Assembly: GCA_944392105.1 (NCBI GenBank)
Contig: CALXVM010000001.1
Location: forward strand, 110,514 to 174,513
Length of the DNA stretch: 64,000 bases
Direction of reading: 5' to 3'
DNA from: an uncultured Clostridia bacterium
GTDB lineage: Bacteria > Bacillota > Clostridia > TANB77 > CAG-508
In this document: one piece after another, positions 49,573 to 60,275 of the stretch
Position numbering within the stretch: position 1 is the stretch's first letter
Layout of the letters: each line of letters starts with the position of its first letter
Made by a program: the position numbers and the translations under genes
The notes under the pieces: model-generated
The model's input: the letters and a program-made list of their open reading frames with translations, nothing else
The model's database searches: none
Told to the model about the DNA's origin: nothing

Positions 49573-50670
49573 ATGATGTGTATGAACCCAAAGATAAAAT
49601 GGCTAAGAGATAAAATAAGATTATCAAACATGGATGGCATTATTATATCAAATCCTGTTAATATTAAATATTTAACAGGAATAGATGCTGAGGGCACATT
49701 ACTTATAACTAGAAAAGAAAATTATTATATTACAGATTCAAGATACATAGAATATGTTAAGTCTGTAATTACTATTAATGACGAAATTATAGTTTATAAC
49801 ATGACTGATATAAGCAAGGATGACTACGAAAATTTCTTTATGTTTTGTGACAATGTAGGTTTTGAGGAAAGCTATGTTACATATCTTATGTATAAACTTT
49901 ATATGCAAAGATACAAAATAAATAATTTAGAAGAAACAGAAAATATTATAGAAAAGCAAAGAATGATAAAAGATGAAGAAGAAATTGGCTATATAGAAAA
50001 AGCCTGTAAAATAACAGATGCATGCTTTAGCCATTTAATAGATTTTATAAAAATAGGAATGACAGAAAAAGAAATTGCTTTTGAAATTGAAAAATTTTTT
50101 ATCCAAAATGGTGCAGATGGAGTAGCTTTTGAAACAATTGTCGCATCTGGCAAAAATTCATCTAAGCCACATGCAGTCCCAACAGACAAAAAAATAGAGG
50201 CAGGAGATGCAATTACAATAGATATGGGATGCAAATATAAAGGTTATTGCTCAGATATGACAAGAACAATTTTTGCAGGATATATTCCTGTAAAGATAAG
50301 AGAAATATATGACTTGGTTTTGAAAAATCAAATTCAAGCATTAAAGGAAATGTATGATGGTGCTAATGCAAAAATAGCAGCAAGAAACGTTAAAAATGAC
50401 TTTAAATTGCATAATTATGATTTAATACATAGTTTAGGACATGGAGTAGGATTAGATATTCACGAAAGACCATTTATAAGTGATAGAATTGATATGACAT
50501 TAAAAGAAAACATGGTTGTTACAGATGAACCTGGAATTTACTTGCCAGGAACGTATGGAGTTAGAATAGAAGATACAGTATTAATTACAAAATCTGGTTG
50601 TATAACTTTAACTAAATCTGACAAAAATTATATTATAGTAGATGAACAAGATATTGGGGTTGATTTTTAG
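49573..50670 (+). CDS. Xaa-Pro aminopeptidase / dipeptidase (M24B)
   Basis: HGVGLDIHERP plus metal ligands D..D..H..E..E. The true start may be the ATG at 49582. Confidence 0.8.
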   Translation: MMCMNPKIKWLRDKIRLSNMDGIIISNPVNIKYLTGIDAEGTLLITRKENYYITDSRYIEYVKSVITINDEIIVYNMTDISKDDYENFFMFCDNVGFEESYVTYLMYKLYMQRYKINNLEETENIIEKQRMIKDEEEIGYIEKACKITDACFSHLIDFIKIGMTEKEIAFEIEKFFIQNGADGVAFETIVASGKNSSKPHAVPTDKKIEAGDAITIDMGCKYKGYCSDMTRTIFAGYIPVKIREIYDLVLKNQIQALKEMYDGANAKIAARNVKNDFKLHNYDLIHSLGHGVGLDIHERPFISDRIDMTLKENMVVTDEPGIYLPGTYGVRIEDTVLITKSGCITLTKSDKNYIIVDEQDIGVDF

Positions 50671-50744
50671 CCAAATTTGTAGTAAAATAGATAAGTCAAT
50701 TAAAAATAACGAAAAGAATAATAAAATTTGAAAGGGGTAATAAT

Positions 50745-51311
50745 ATGGCAACAGTATATTCAGCAGGAGATTTTAGAAATGGTACTACATTTGAAATGGA
50801 TGGAAACGTATTTAAAGTTGTAGAGTTTCAACATGTAAAACCAGGAAAGGGTTCAGCTTTTGTAAGAACTAAATTAAAAAACGTAATATCAGGAGCTGTT
50901 ATAGAAAAAACATTTAACCCATCTGAAAAATATCCAGCAGCAGAAATAGAGAAAAAAGAAATGCAATATCTATACAATGATGGAGGAATCTATTATTTTA
51001 TGGATAACGAAACATATGAGCAATTGCCTTTAAACGAAGAACAAATTGGTGATGGTTTAAAATTCTTAAAAGAAAATATGAACGTAAAAATATTATCTTA
51101 TAAAGGTAATGTATTTTCAGTAGAACCACCAATGTTTGTTGAGTTAGAAGTTACATATACAGAACCAGGATTTGCTGGAAATACAGCAACTACATCTGGA
51201 AAACCTGCAACATTAGAAAATGGATATACATTAACTGTACCTATGTTTGTTAATGTTGGTGATGTTGTAAGAATAGACACAAGAACTGGCGAATATATGG
51301 AAAGAGTTTAA
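50745..51311 (+). CDS. efp: Elongation factor P
   Basis: [46 protein letters not shown]... Confidence 0.95.
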   Translation: MATVYSAGDFRNGTTFEMDGNVFKVVEFQHVKPGKGSAFVRTKLKNVISGAVIEKTFNPSEKYPAAEIEKKEMQYLYNDGGIYYFMDNETYEQLPLNEEQIGDGLKFLKENMNVKILSYKGNVFSVEPPMFVELEVTYTEPGFAGNTATTSGKPATLENGYTLTVPMFVNVGDVVRIDTRTGEYMERV

Positions 51312-51329
51312 TTTGGAGGTAATTAATAC

Positions 51330-51875
51330 ATGTCAGAGATTGGTATCGAATATAAGAGAATAATGGAAGAAATTGAAAAGACAATTTCAAATGAGGAAGA
51401 AAGAAAATTTGTTAAATCAAAATTAGCTGAGTTATCTATTTCTTTTATAGACATAATAGATAGAATAACAAAAGCAACAGACATGAAAATTAAAGAAATA
51501 GAAAGAAATCAGGATAATATAGAAAAGAAAATGTCTAGTATAGAAGCAATTGTAGACAATATAGAAAATGACATTTACGAAGATGGAGATTCAGACGAAG
51601 ACTATGAATTCGAAGTGGTTTGCCCATATTGTAATTATGAATTTTCTGTAGATATGGATAATATTGAAAAAGATGAAGTAGAATGTCCAGAGTGTCATAA
51701 TGTAATAGAATTAGACTGGAACGAGGAACATTGTTCTGGAAGTTGTTCACATTGTATGGAAAATTGCTTACAAGAAGATGAAGAAAGTTACAATTCAAAC
51801 GAAATAGATACCAACAAAAAAGAAACTAATAGTAAAGATACTTCTAAAAATGAAGATGATGACGAAGACATGTAA
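51330..51875 (+). CDS. Acidic hypothetical protein with a CxxC...CxxC zinc ribbon
   Basis: VVCPYCNYEFS...VECPECHNV; Asp/Glu-rich tails. Confidence 0.45.
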   Translation: MSEIGIEYKRIMEEIEKTISNEEERKFVKSKLAELSISFIDIIDRITKATDMKIKEIERNQDNIEKKMSSIEAIVDNIENDIYEDGDSDEDYEFEVVCPYCNYEFSVDMDNIEKDEVECPECHNVIELDWNEEHCSGSCSHCMENCLQEDEESYNSNEIDTNKKETNSKDTSKNEDDDEDM

Positions 51876-52002
51876 TGTTTATACAAATAGAAGATACAAT
51901 AATAAAAATATAATTATATTAAGTGCCAAAAAGTAATTTGTATAATTAAATGTACTTTAAACGCAATATTTTTATAGGAAAATATATTATAGTAAAAAAT
52001 AA

Positions 52003-52030
52003 AAGAATACTTGCAAAGTATTCTTTTTTG
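52003..52030 (+). terminator. Rho-independent terminator
   Basis: aagaatactt-gca-aagtattctt followed by TTTT. Confidence 0.75.
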
Positions 52031-52080
52031 ATATAAAATACAAAAGAGTTAAATTTATTTAAAAAGGTGAGATTAAATAT

Positions 52081-53295
52081 ATGGAAAAAAGAAATTCACA
52101 ACAAGTTTATAAAACAATAATGCTTATTATTATAACAGTATTAATTACTGCTTTAGTTACTACAATTGTAATATATAATTTTGTAATAAAATCTGGTAAA
52201 ATTGCTATTAAAAGTGAAGACAATAGTAGTTTAAGTGGATTAGAAGCAACACTAGCAAGCTTTAGAAGTGTATTAGAAGAAAAATACATGGGAGAGATAG
52301 ATGATGAAGCATTAATAGAAGGTGCAATAAAAGGCTATGTTAGTGCTTTAGGAGACCCATATACTACATATTATACAAAAGAAGAAATGGATGAACTTAT
52401 GGAAGAAACAACTGGAAATTATGTTGGAATTGGTATATATATGACATTAGATTTAGAAAATAATGCAATATATGTAGTAAAACCAATGGAAGGTTCACCA
52501 GCAGAGGAAGCTGGAATACAAGCAGGAGATTTAATTACTAAAGTAGATGGTAAAGAATATTCTGGAGAAGAACTAGACCAAGCTTCTAATGCAATTAAGG
52601 GAGAAGAAGGAACAACTGTTAAGCTAGAAATACTAAGAGATGGAGAAACACAAGAATTAGAAGTAGAAAGAAGAAAAATTGTTGTTTCACACATTGTAGA
52701 AAAGAAATTTGATAATGTTGGTTATTTATTAATAGAGGACTTTGATGGCGGTTGTGCAAAAGAATTTGAAGAAAAATATAAAGAGTTAGAAAGTCAAGGA
52801 ATAGATAGGCTAATAATAGACCTTAGAAATAATGGTGGCGGAGTAGTTGATGAAGCTGTTTCTATAGCAGATATGTTATTAGACAAAGACGATACAATAC
52901 TAATTACAAAAGATAAAAAAGGTAATGAAGAAATAACTAAATCTGAGCATAATCCAACTATAACAATGCCTGTAGTAGTACTTACAAATGGATATTCAGC
53001 AAGTGCATCTGAAATATTAGTAGGAGCTTTACAAGACAATGAAAGAGCTACAATAGTAGGAACCAAAACTTATGGAAAAGGTGTAATTCAAGAGGTAGAT
53101 AGACTAAATGATGGAAGTGGCTTAAAAATAACTATAGAAGAATATTACACACCAAATAAAAATGAAATAAATAAGGTAGGAATAGAGCCAGATGAAGAAA
53201 TAGATTTATCTGACGAAGTAAAAGAACAAGGAACTTATACAGATGAGGAAGACAATCAATTGCAAAAGGCAATTGAGATTATAAAAGAAAAATAG
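52081..53295 (+). CDS. ctpA: Carboxy-terminal processing protease (S41, PDZ-containing)
   Basis: N-terminal TM helix, PDZ domain (GSPAEEAGIQAGDLITKVDG) and S41 core (...TNGYSASASEILVGAL...KTYGKG). Confidence 0.8.
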   Translation: MEKRNSQQVYKTIMLIIITVLITALVTTIVIYNFVIKSGKIAIKSEDNSSLSGLEATLASFRSVLEEKYMGEIDDEALIEGAIKGYVSALGDPYTTYYTKEEMDELMEETTGNYVGIGIYMTLDLENNAIYVVKPMEGSPAEEAGIQAGDLITKVDGKEYSGEELDQASNAIKGEEGTTVKLEILRDGETQELEVERRKIVVSHIVEKKFDNVGYLLIEDFDGGCAKEFEEKYKELESQGIDRLIIDLRNNGGGVVDEAVSIADMLLDKDDTILITKDKKGNEEITKSEHNPTITMPVVVLTNGYSASASEILVGALQDNERATIVGTKTYGKGVIQEVDRLNDGSGLKITIEEYYTPNKNEINKVGIEPDEEIDLSDEVKEQGTYTDEEDNQLQKAIEIIKEK

Positions 53296-53307
53296 GAGGA
53301 AAAAGTT

Positions 53308-55011
53308 ATGTCTGAGCCACAAGATAATCCTAATAGACTAGGAGGATTAAAAGAATATACTGAAAATTTAAAATTAATAACTGGATACATGAGAATATTA
53401 AATTCAAATTATAATAAGAAAAAAGATGAAACTATTAGGGTATTAAAAAAAGCTGGATATACAATTGAAGATATTAAAAGAATTCAAGAACAATATAATA
53501 GACATTACAATGGTGATTCTATTAAAGCAGATTTACTAACAGAAAGTCTTGATGAAATGAGAGCTTTAGTAGAGGACCTAAAACATATTAATGAAGAAAT
53601 TACATGGCATATGGAAAAAGATTCTTCAGAGCAAGAAAAAAGTACATTGGGAGATAATGACAAGCAAACTGTTACAATTGGAATAAGAGAAACTACCCAA
53701 GGAGATACAAACAACAGAGAAAGTCAAGATGTAGAATATGTAGAAGCAGAAATTGTAAGTCCAGAAGAACTAGAAGAAATGAGAAAAAGACAAGAAGAAA
53801 CAAAATATCAACAAGAACTAGATAGAACATTAAGAATGGTCAATGAACATTCTGCTTGGGCAAGAGCAGAGAAAAATGCACAAGCAAAAGTTAACACAGA
53901 AAGGACAGCTGTACATTCAAGAGCAGGAAGTAGTGATATTCCTAGAGGAGGTGCTAGAGTGAAAGAAGCAGAATTTAGAAGAAAAGTTGCAGATATGGCA
54001 AGAGAAACAGCAGATGGTAGAGAATTTAATTATAGCGAAAGTTTTGGAAGAAGACAATCTACTAGAGGAGATTCGTATAGAGGGGAGCGTTACGGAAGAA
54101 CTACAGGAAGCTCAAGAACAACGAGATATGGCGAAAGAGAAAGCACTACAAGAACAAGACAAGGAAGTTCTACACGAAAAAGAAATGTTAGAAATAAGCC
54201 TAAAACATTAAGCACTAAGGGGTTAGTAAGAAGAATTGCTGCAGGAGCATTAGCAATATCAATGTTGGCAGGTGCGTATGCTATTCATAGAAGCAATGAA
54301 TATAAAGAAGACGTAGAGAATAGAATTGAGTATGTAGATAATATAATAGACAGAAATGGTACAATACAAGACTATACGGTGTACTGTGGAATTGGGTTTA
54401 CACAAGAAGAGTTAGAGAAGTTCTTAGAAGTAGAGGGAAAAATAGATGGCTATCAAGGTAAAGAATCTACCGAATTAAGTGTAGTTGATATTATTACAAC
54501 AGCACAAGATTTTGGTAACATTTACAGATACATAGTAAAAGAGCGTTTAGAAGAAGGTTTTGGATATAGTATAGATGAAAATGAGATAAAAGTTGTAAGA
54601 GAAAGAGACGATTTAGATGGACATCCAGGAGATTATAATGAAAATGGACGCATAAGTCAAATAGGCTATATGGAACATATAAATGACGGGAAAATTCCTA
54701 AAGAACTAAGAAGTTCAGTAATTGCAGCATATGGAGGTCAAGGCATAGAAGAGCCAGCCATGTCAGTTGATGAACTAATATATAAGTTGGATAATCAAGA
54801 AATAACAAAAGCAGAAGCTAGTCAATATTTGGGAGAAATGCTAGACGATGCTAAAGAAATGATGACAAGACAATATAATGAAAAAGAATATGGCGAATTA
54901 GAAGAAGTAGACTCAACATATACAACTGTAAAAGAAAAAGAAGAAGAGCAAGCTAAAAATAACAAACAAGCAGAGCAATATGTTGCAGAGAAAGATGATG
55001 AAGAAAGATAA
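53308..55011 (+). CDS. Hypothetical single-pass membrane protein with a central Arg/Ser/Thr/Gly-rich low-complexity region
   Basis: TM helix LVRRIAAGALAISMLAGAYAI. The RS/RG-rich segment is locally GC-enriched. Confidence 0.4.
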   Translation: MSEPQDNPNRLGGLKEYTENLKLITGYMRILNSNYNKKKDETIRVLKKAGYTIEDIKRIQEQYNRHYNGDSIKADLLTESLDEMRALVEDLKHINEEITWHMEKDSSEQEKSTLGDNDKQTVTIGIRETTQGDTNNRESQDVEYVEAEIVSPEELEEMRKRQEETKYQQELDRTLRMVNEHSAWARAEKNAQAKVNTERTAVHSRAGSSDIPRGGARVKEAEFRRKVADMARETADGREFNYSESFGRRQSTRGDSYRGERYGRTTGSSRTTRYGERESTTRTRQGSSTRKRNVRNKPKTLSTKGLVRRIAAGALAISMLAGAYAIHRSNEYKEDVENRIEYVDNIIDRNGTIQDYTVYCGIGFTQEELEKFLEVEGKIDGYQGKESTELSVVDIITTAQDFGNIYRYIVKERLEEGFGYSIDENEIKVVRERDDLDGHPGDYNENGRISQIGYMEHINDGKIPKELRSSVIAAYGGQGIEEPAMSVDELIYKLDNQEITKAEASQYLGEMLDDAKEMMTRQYNEKEYGELEEVDSTYTTVKEKEEEQAKNNKQAEQYVAEKDDEER

Positions 55012-55078
55012 TAGCATATGAAAAAGTTTAATGTTATAAAAATTTTTTCAAAAAAATAAAAAAAATTGTAAAATTGTA

Positions 55079-55107
55079 TTGACAAGTGACTAAAAATTTA
55101 GTATACT
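55079..55107 (+). promoter_or_regulatory. tRNA operon promoter TTGACA, 17 nt, TATACT, bracketed by the 9-bp inverted repeat caagtgact / agtcacttg
   Basis: -35 at 55079-55084; -10 at 55102-55107. Inverted repeat at 55083-55091 and 55113-55121. Confidence 0.6.
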
Positions 55108-55125
55108 GAACTAGTCACTTGAGAC

Positions 55126-55201
55126 GGGCGCATAGCTCAGCTGGGAGAGCATCTGCCTTACAAGCAGGAGGTCATAGGTTCGAGCCCTATTGCGCCCACC
55201 A
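55126..55201 (+). tRNA. tRNA-Val (anticodon TAC)
   Basis: Cloverleaf with anticodon loop cTTACaa and 3' CCA. Confidence 0.9.
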
Positions 55202-55212
55202 TTTTTATAAAT

Positions 55213-55289
55213 GGCCTGGTAGTTCAGTTGGTTAGAATGCTAGCCTGTCACGCTAGAGGTCGACGGTTCGAGCCCGTTCCAGGTCGCCA
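55213..55289 (+). tRNA. tRNA-Asp (anticodon GTC)
   Basis: Cloverleaf with anticodon loop cTGTCAc and 3' CCA. Confidence 0.9.
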
Positions 55290-55397
55290 TTTTTTTAGCC
55301 AAATAGTTTAAAATAAACATTTGGCAATTTTTAAATAAAAGCACATATATTAATAAGGAAATATGTATGTGCAATACAAATTAATATAGTTATGAAT

Positions 55398-55445
55398 GCC
55401 TTGATAGCTCAGTTGGTAGAGCAAGGGACTGAAAATCTTTGGTGC
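55398..55445 (+). pseudogene. Degenerate 5' half of tRNA-Phe (acceptor, D and anticodon arms only), a duplicated fragment
   Basis: gccttgatagctcagttggtagagcaagggactgaaaatctttgg. It matches the intact tRNA-Phe up to the anticodon arm and lacks the T arm. Confidence 0.7.
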
Positions 55446-55453
55446 AATTTAAT

Positions 55454-55529
55454 GCCTTGATAGCTCAGTTGGTAGAGCAAAGGACTGAAAATCCTTGTGT
55501 CACTGGTTCGATTCCAGTTCAAGGCACCA
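55454..55529 (+). tRNA. tRNA-Phe (anticodon GAA)
   Basis: 76-nt cloverleaf with anticodon loop cTGAAaa and 3' CCA. Confidence 0.9.
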
Positions 55530-55605
55530 AACAATCATTTGTACCAAAAAAATTAAATTTTTTACTAACATCTAAAAAAATATCTAAAAAATTTAATTTT
55601 ATGAT

Positions 55606-55645
55606 TTTCAGTTCAAAGACACGAGTTCGATTCTCGTTCAAGCCA
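55606..55645 (+). repeat. tRNA 3'-end-like fragment (T arm plus acceptor 3' strand), a probable att-site remnant next to the integrase
   Basis: cacgagttcgattctcgttcaagcca resembles tRNA-Phe cactggttcgattccagttcaaggca but cannot pair with its 5' strand. Confidence 0.5.
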
Positions 55646-55666
55646 CATAATATTTTAGAAGTAGAA

Positions 55667-56842
55667 TTAGGCAATGGCTACTTCTTTTTTTGTACCAAAT
55701 ACATTTGCCATAACTTTTCCTGTATTATTTACACTACTTGAATCTAAATGTGCATATAAGTTAGCAGTAGTATTATAATTTGAATGACCAAGCCACGCTT
55801 GAATTTCTTTCATATTCGCACCATTTTTTAATAATATACTTGCACAAGTATGCCTTAAATCGTGAAAACGAATAATTTTTAAATTCTTTCTTTTTAGTAA
55901 TTTTAAAAATGTTTCTGTTACATAGTCTGGTCTAATTATATTTCCACAATTATCTACACAAATATATTCTAAATAATCTTTATTGTAACTATCTCCACAT
56001 AGTTCTCTGTTTTTTTCTTGTTTTTCTTTTAGTTCAATTAAAAAAGATTTTACAATAGGTTCTAAAGGTAAAGTCCTTTTACTTGATTTTGTCTTTGTTT
56101 TATCTCTTATAATTAGTTTTCCGCTTGACTGTGTAATGGTGTGATCTATTGTAATTGTATCATTTTCAAAATCAACTGCACTCCATTTCAACCCAATAAC
56201 TTCACTTCTTCTAAAACCATAAAAACAATCTATCATTACAGGAATTTCTAATTTAGTTCCAATAACTTCATTTAGTAATATTTTAACCTCATTACTTGTG
56301 TAGAATTTTGGCTTATATTCTTCAATTTTAGGTAAATCAACCTTGTCAGCAGGGTTAGATAAAATAATATCTGTTTTCATAGCATATTGTAAGGCTTTCC
56401 TTATATTTGCGTGATAATGTTTAACTGTATTTCCAGAAAGACCATCATCTAATAAATATTGGTAAAATTCTTGTATGTGCTTTGGCTTTATATTTTGTAG
56501 TGTTATTTTTGTATTTTTGAAATAATCTGTCATTCTGCCATTTATAACACCTTGATAGCCATTTAAGGTTGTTGGCTCAACACTTGCTGAAATCATTTTT
56601 AGCCATTTTTTCATATAGTCTATAAAGAGTATATCTTCATTATCAATATTATCGCTATTTATTTCTTCTTGAAACTTTTTCCTAATCTCTTCTTTTTTAG
56701 TTTCTGCCTTTTTCTTATTTCCTTTTATAGCTTTTATACCTGTTGACTTCCATTTTGTTTCCCATTTTTCATTTTTCTTATAACTTAAAACGGCTTGATA
56801 AATACCGTTTCTTATCTGTAAGCTAGCTGTTACATTTATCAT
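55667..56842 (-). CDS. int: Tyrosine-type site-specific integrase
   Basis: C-terminal catalytic motifs RFHDLRHTCASILL and LGHSNYNTTANLYAHL. GGAAGGAG site. Confidence 0.9.
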   Translation of the reverse strand: MINVTASLQIRNGIYQAVLSYKKNEKWETKWKSTGIKAIKGNKKKAETKKEEIRKKFQEEINSDNIDNEDILFIDYMKKWLKMISASVEPTTLNGYQGVINGRMTDYFKNTKITLQNIKPKHIQEFYQYLLDDGLSGNTVKHYHANIRKALQYAMKTDIILSNPADKVDLPKIEEYKPKFYTSNEVKILLNEVIGTKLEIPVMIDCFYGFRRSEVIGLKWSAVDFENDTITIDHTITQSSGKLIIRDKTKTKSSKRTLPLEPIVKSFLIELKEKQEKNRELCGDSYNKDYLEYICVDNCGNIIRPDYVTETFLKLLKRKNLKIIRFHDLRHTCASILLKNGANMKEIQAWLGHSNYNTTANLYAHLDSSSVNNTGKVMANVFGTKKEVAIA

Positions 56843-56934
56843 AAATAACTCCTTCCTATTTCTATAACAGTCTAAATTTAACTTACTATTGATATTTATG
56901 ATAATAACATAAAAGTAAATTAAAATCTAGTTTA

Positions 56935-57141
56935 TTAATTCTGTCTAGTTAAATAACTTATAATATTTCTTTTTGGTATTTTATATTCTCTACCAATTTT
57001 AAAAGCAGGAATAGTATTGTTTTTAACTAACCTATAAGCTAGTGTAACACCAATTCCTAACATTTCTTTTAATTGAACAATGTTTACTAAATCAGGGTAT
57101 GAAGTAAACATCATATCATAATTTTCTTTCAAAGTACCCAT
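56935..57141 (-). CDS. Excisionase-like HTH DNA-binding protein
   Basis: ...VQLKEMLGIGVTLAYRLVKNNTIPAFKIGREYKIPKRNI (MerR/Xis-type HTH). AAGGAGG site. Confidence 0.65.
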   Translation of the reverse strand: MGTLKENYDMMFTSYPDLVNIVQLKEMLGIGVTLAYRLVKNNTIPAFKIGREYKIPKRNIISYLTRQN

Positions 57142-57190
57142 AATTAAAACCTCCTTAAAAATAAAATAAAAAGACCTTATTTAAAATCTT

Positions 57191-57640
57191 TTAAACAAGG
57201 CATTTTTGCGATTTAAGTTTCATATTCATATTAATTTTTTTAGGAACATCATTTGTTACATTTAATTTTCTATCTATAATTAAATTTCCTTTTTTATTTC
57301 TATGATAAGCACTTAAATTCCATTTTGCAAAATCATAATCAGAAATAGTATTGTTATGAAATGATAATTCAGCATTGTCTTTGTTTAATAATGCTTTTAA
57401 TTGTTCATAAGAATTATCATCTTTTTTAGGTCTTTCATAGTTTTTATAATATTCTCTATTATATTCAGCTTTTTTCTGCATTGATTTTTTATGCCTTATT
57501 TCTTTCTCCTTAGTATATCTTGTGTCTTTTTTCACTACTTGAGATATATAGCTTTGTGAAACTCCAATAGTTTTGGCAATAATCTCTTGTTTTTGGTGTT
57601 CTTCAAAATACATTTGTAAAATTTCTTCTTTTTTACTCAT
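57191..57640 (-). CDS. HTH transcriptional regulator (sigma-70 region-4-like)
   Basis: ...QKQEIIAKTIGVSQSYISQVVKK; GGAGG site. Confidence 0.5.
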   Translation of the reverse strand: MSKKEEILQMYFEEHQKQEIIAKTIGVSQSYISQVVKKDTRYTKEKEIRHKKSMQKKAEYNREYYKNYERPKKDDNSYEQLKALLNKDNAELSFHNNTISDYDFAKWNLSAYHRNKKGNLIIDRKLNVTNDVPKKINMNMKLKSQKCLV

Positions 57641-57914
57641 TTTGACCTCCTTTCTTTACTTATATTTTTTACTTGCACTATTTTAGATATAAAAACCCTA
57701 TATAAAGTACAAGATGTAATTTATACTATAATTTGACAAATATAATTATTTATTGTAATATATTCTTATAAGAAAAGTATTAAAATTAACATAAAGTAGC
57801 CGTTAATACTTCATAATATAAGATAGATTACATTTCTATTATAGAGTAATACTTTTTGTGTGTCAATAGATTACATTAAACTTTTTGAAAAATTTTTATG
57901 AATAGGAGAATATT

Positions 57915-58883
57915 ATGAGAATGAATTTAGAATATGGCTTTAATAATGAGTCATTACCAAAATTTAAAGAATATAAAATAAAGGAAATAAACAATATTAA
58001 ATATGTTGTTCCTAAAATTCTAAAAGAAAATATGTCAAACTATTCTTTAATCGATTTTGATGACTACAAAGAAGATGATAAGCCTCTAATTGATTTTATT
58101 AATTTAGGGAAATTATCTTTAGAAGAAAAAGAAAATACTGATAGTCTAGTAATTGAATATGTAAATAAATATGGACTTTTAGGACTTATACATGATTTCC
58201 CAGTAAATAGATATTATACATTAGAAAAGGAAGTTTTACTAAAAGAATTTAATTATATAAATAATAAAGATTATTTTACAACAATAGAGCTAATTGAATA
58301 TTTTAAAATATTCTTTCCTACTACTACTGAAGAAGAAATAAAAAAACTAATAGAGAAAATAAATAAATTTATTTATGAGCATAGTATGGAAAAATTTATT
58401 TCTCCAGAAATCAATAATTTAATTTATAAAAATGAAAAATATTGTGAGCGAGTAAATATGATTATAAAATATGCACAATTTATGTATAATACTTTAAAAG
58501 AATTGAAAAAAGATAATGGAGAATATATTGATACACGAGAAATAAATAAATTAGAATCAAACCATATAAGAGTAAATTTAGAATATGATGGCTTAACAAT
58601 ACATATTAGAAGTTTAAAAGAATACATAGATGAAGATTTTAAATTATATGCAATACAAGAAAAGAAATACTTAAAACTATGTAAGCATTGTGGAAAAGCA
58701 TTTATTGCAAGTAACCCAAAAGCAATATATGATACATTTAGCTGTAAAAATCAAGAAAATGTTTACAATAGTAGAGCAAGGTTAAGTTCGAATGTTACAA
58801 AGACCAAAAACGGACTAACAGTTAAAGTAACACCAAGTGAAGAATTGTCAAATGAACTATTAAAAAATCCAGAAAAAAATTAA
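57915..58883 (+). CDS. Hypothetical protein with a C-terminal zinc ribbon
   Basis: CKHCGKAFIASNPKAIYDTFSCKNQ; no other recognisable domain. Confidence 0.4.
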   Translation: MRMNLEYGFNNESLPKFKEYKIKEINNIKYVVPKILKENMSNYSLIDFDDYKEDDKPLIDFINLGKLSLEEKENTDSLVIEYVNKYGLLGLIHDFPVNRYYTLEKEVLLKEFNYINNKDYFTTIELIEYFKIFFPTTTEEEIKKLIEKINKFIYEHSMEKFISPEINNLIYKNEKYCERVNMIIKYAQFMYNTLKELKKDNGEYIDTREINKLESNHIRVNLEYDGLTIHIRSLKEYIDEDFKLYAIQEKKYLKLCKHCGKAFIASNPKAIYDTFSCKNQENVYNSRARLSSNVTKTKNGLTVKVTPSEELSNELLKNPEKN

Positions 58884-59051
58884 ATATAATATGATAAAAA
58901 GGGTATTTGCTGTACTCTTTTTGTTTTATGCAAAAGCACTTTATATACAACCTGTTTACACTCATATGTGAGCAATAAGAATAAGTATCATTAAAAAACA
59001 AAATTTAATATAATTCAAATGGTTGTAGAACGAGCAGTAGGAGGTGTGTAT

Positions 59052-59396
59052 ATGAGTGCAATAGATAGATTATATTCTAGTACCAATAAAACTATAAAGA
59101 AATCAATTAATATTGATGATAGTTTATATAAAAGGTTAATGAGATTTACAAAAAAGAATTATGACGCAACATTTAGTGAGGTTATAAATGTGTGCATAGA
59201 AGAATATATTTATAAAAATCAACCATACTTTTATGAAAAGCCTGAAAATGAAACAGTTACATATAGGAGTATTATGATCAGAAAGGAAAATTTAAGCAAC
59301 TTGCAAAAATTTCACAAAAAAACTGGTATTTCTGTAACAAGATTATTAAATTGTGCTGTTAAAGAATTTTTAGATAACTATGATAATAAAAGATAA
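59052..59396 (+). CDS. Hypothetical 114-aa protein, paralog A (MSAIDRLY...)
   Basis: AGGAGGTG site. About 55% identical to the protein at 60276-60614. Confidence 0.5.
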   Translation: MSAIDRLYSSTNKTIKKSINIDDSLYKRLMRFTKKNYDATFSEVINVCIEEYIYKNQPYFYEKPENETVTYRSIMIRKENLSNLQKFHKKTGISVTRLLNCAVKEFLDNYDNKR

Positions 59397-59472
59397 GTTA
59401 ATATAAAATATCAACTTACCTTATATTATAAAACACAATGTAGTTTATTATATAATGAGTTTATATAATAAG

Positions 59473-60112
59473 CTATTTTTTATTTAAGGCAATATAATAT
59501 GCTAAACTGCTTTGATAAGATGAAAGTTCAAAATCTATTTTTTGATATTCATAAAATTTTTTCCTTTCTTCTGCTGAAAAATTAGATGTAAGTTCTAGTG
59601 TTAATTTATTAAACTTGCGATTAAGTTCAACATAATCTTTTATATCAAACAAATCATTTATATGTACTTCTATACTATCATCTACCTTATCCATATTGCT
59701 TTTGTTAAACCAATTCAAGTCAATTTTAATATTTTTTATAGATTCTAGTTCATAAACTCCGTTTAGTTTTAAAGAAAATTGCAAGACCATCTAATTTATT
59801 ATCAAAAAATAACGGAAAAATCATTTGTGAAAAATATTCTACTTCATCATTTTCTACAATTTTTTTGAAGTTATCATTTAAAAGTAAATATAAATCTTCT
59901 GAAAACTCTTTATTTTTCCACTCTTTTATTAAATTGAGCATATCTGTACTTAAAGGCTTATGCCAGTAATTATCATAGTCCAAAGTAATATCATTTTTTT
60001 CATCTACTATTCCATATTGAATTGTTTTTAAATCAGCAATTAGAATATTAGATTTTACATTAGAGCCGTTAAAAGATTTTAATAAATCTACACACTTTTC
60101 TGAAATTTGCAT
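59473..60112 (-). pseudogene. Hypothetical protein of about 212 aa, split by a frameshift in the T/A tract near 59770-59785
   Basis: Two overlapping ORFs (59750-60112 and 59473-59790) read continuously after a 1-nt shift. AAAGGAGG site precedes the start at 60112. Confidence 0.45.
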
Positions 60113-60275
60113 AGGTAAACCTCCTTTCTAATATTTTCACATATTATATCTTAAAAGTGATTTTAATTCAACCTACTATCGTGTATGCATACACGATAAA
60201 ACTAAGTTACATACTACAAACGATTTAAGTATAATATTCGTAAAAAGGTTAGATATTAATTACTGGAGGTGTAAT

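Noticed and set aside
55439-55741. 100-aa ORF overlapping tRNA-Phe and the att remnant
   Set aside because: It reads through tRNA genes, has no ribosome-binding site, and its translation is tRNA-derived low-complexity sequence.
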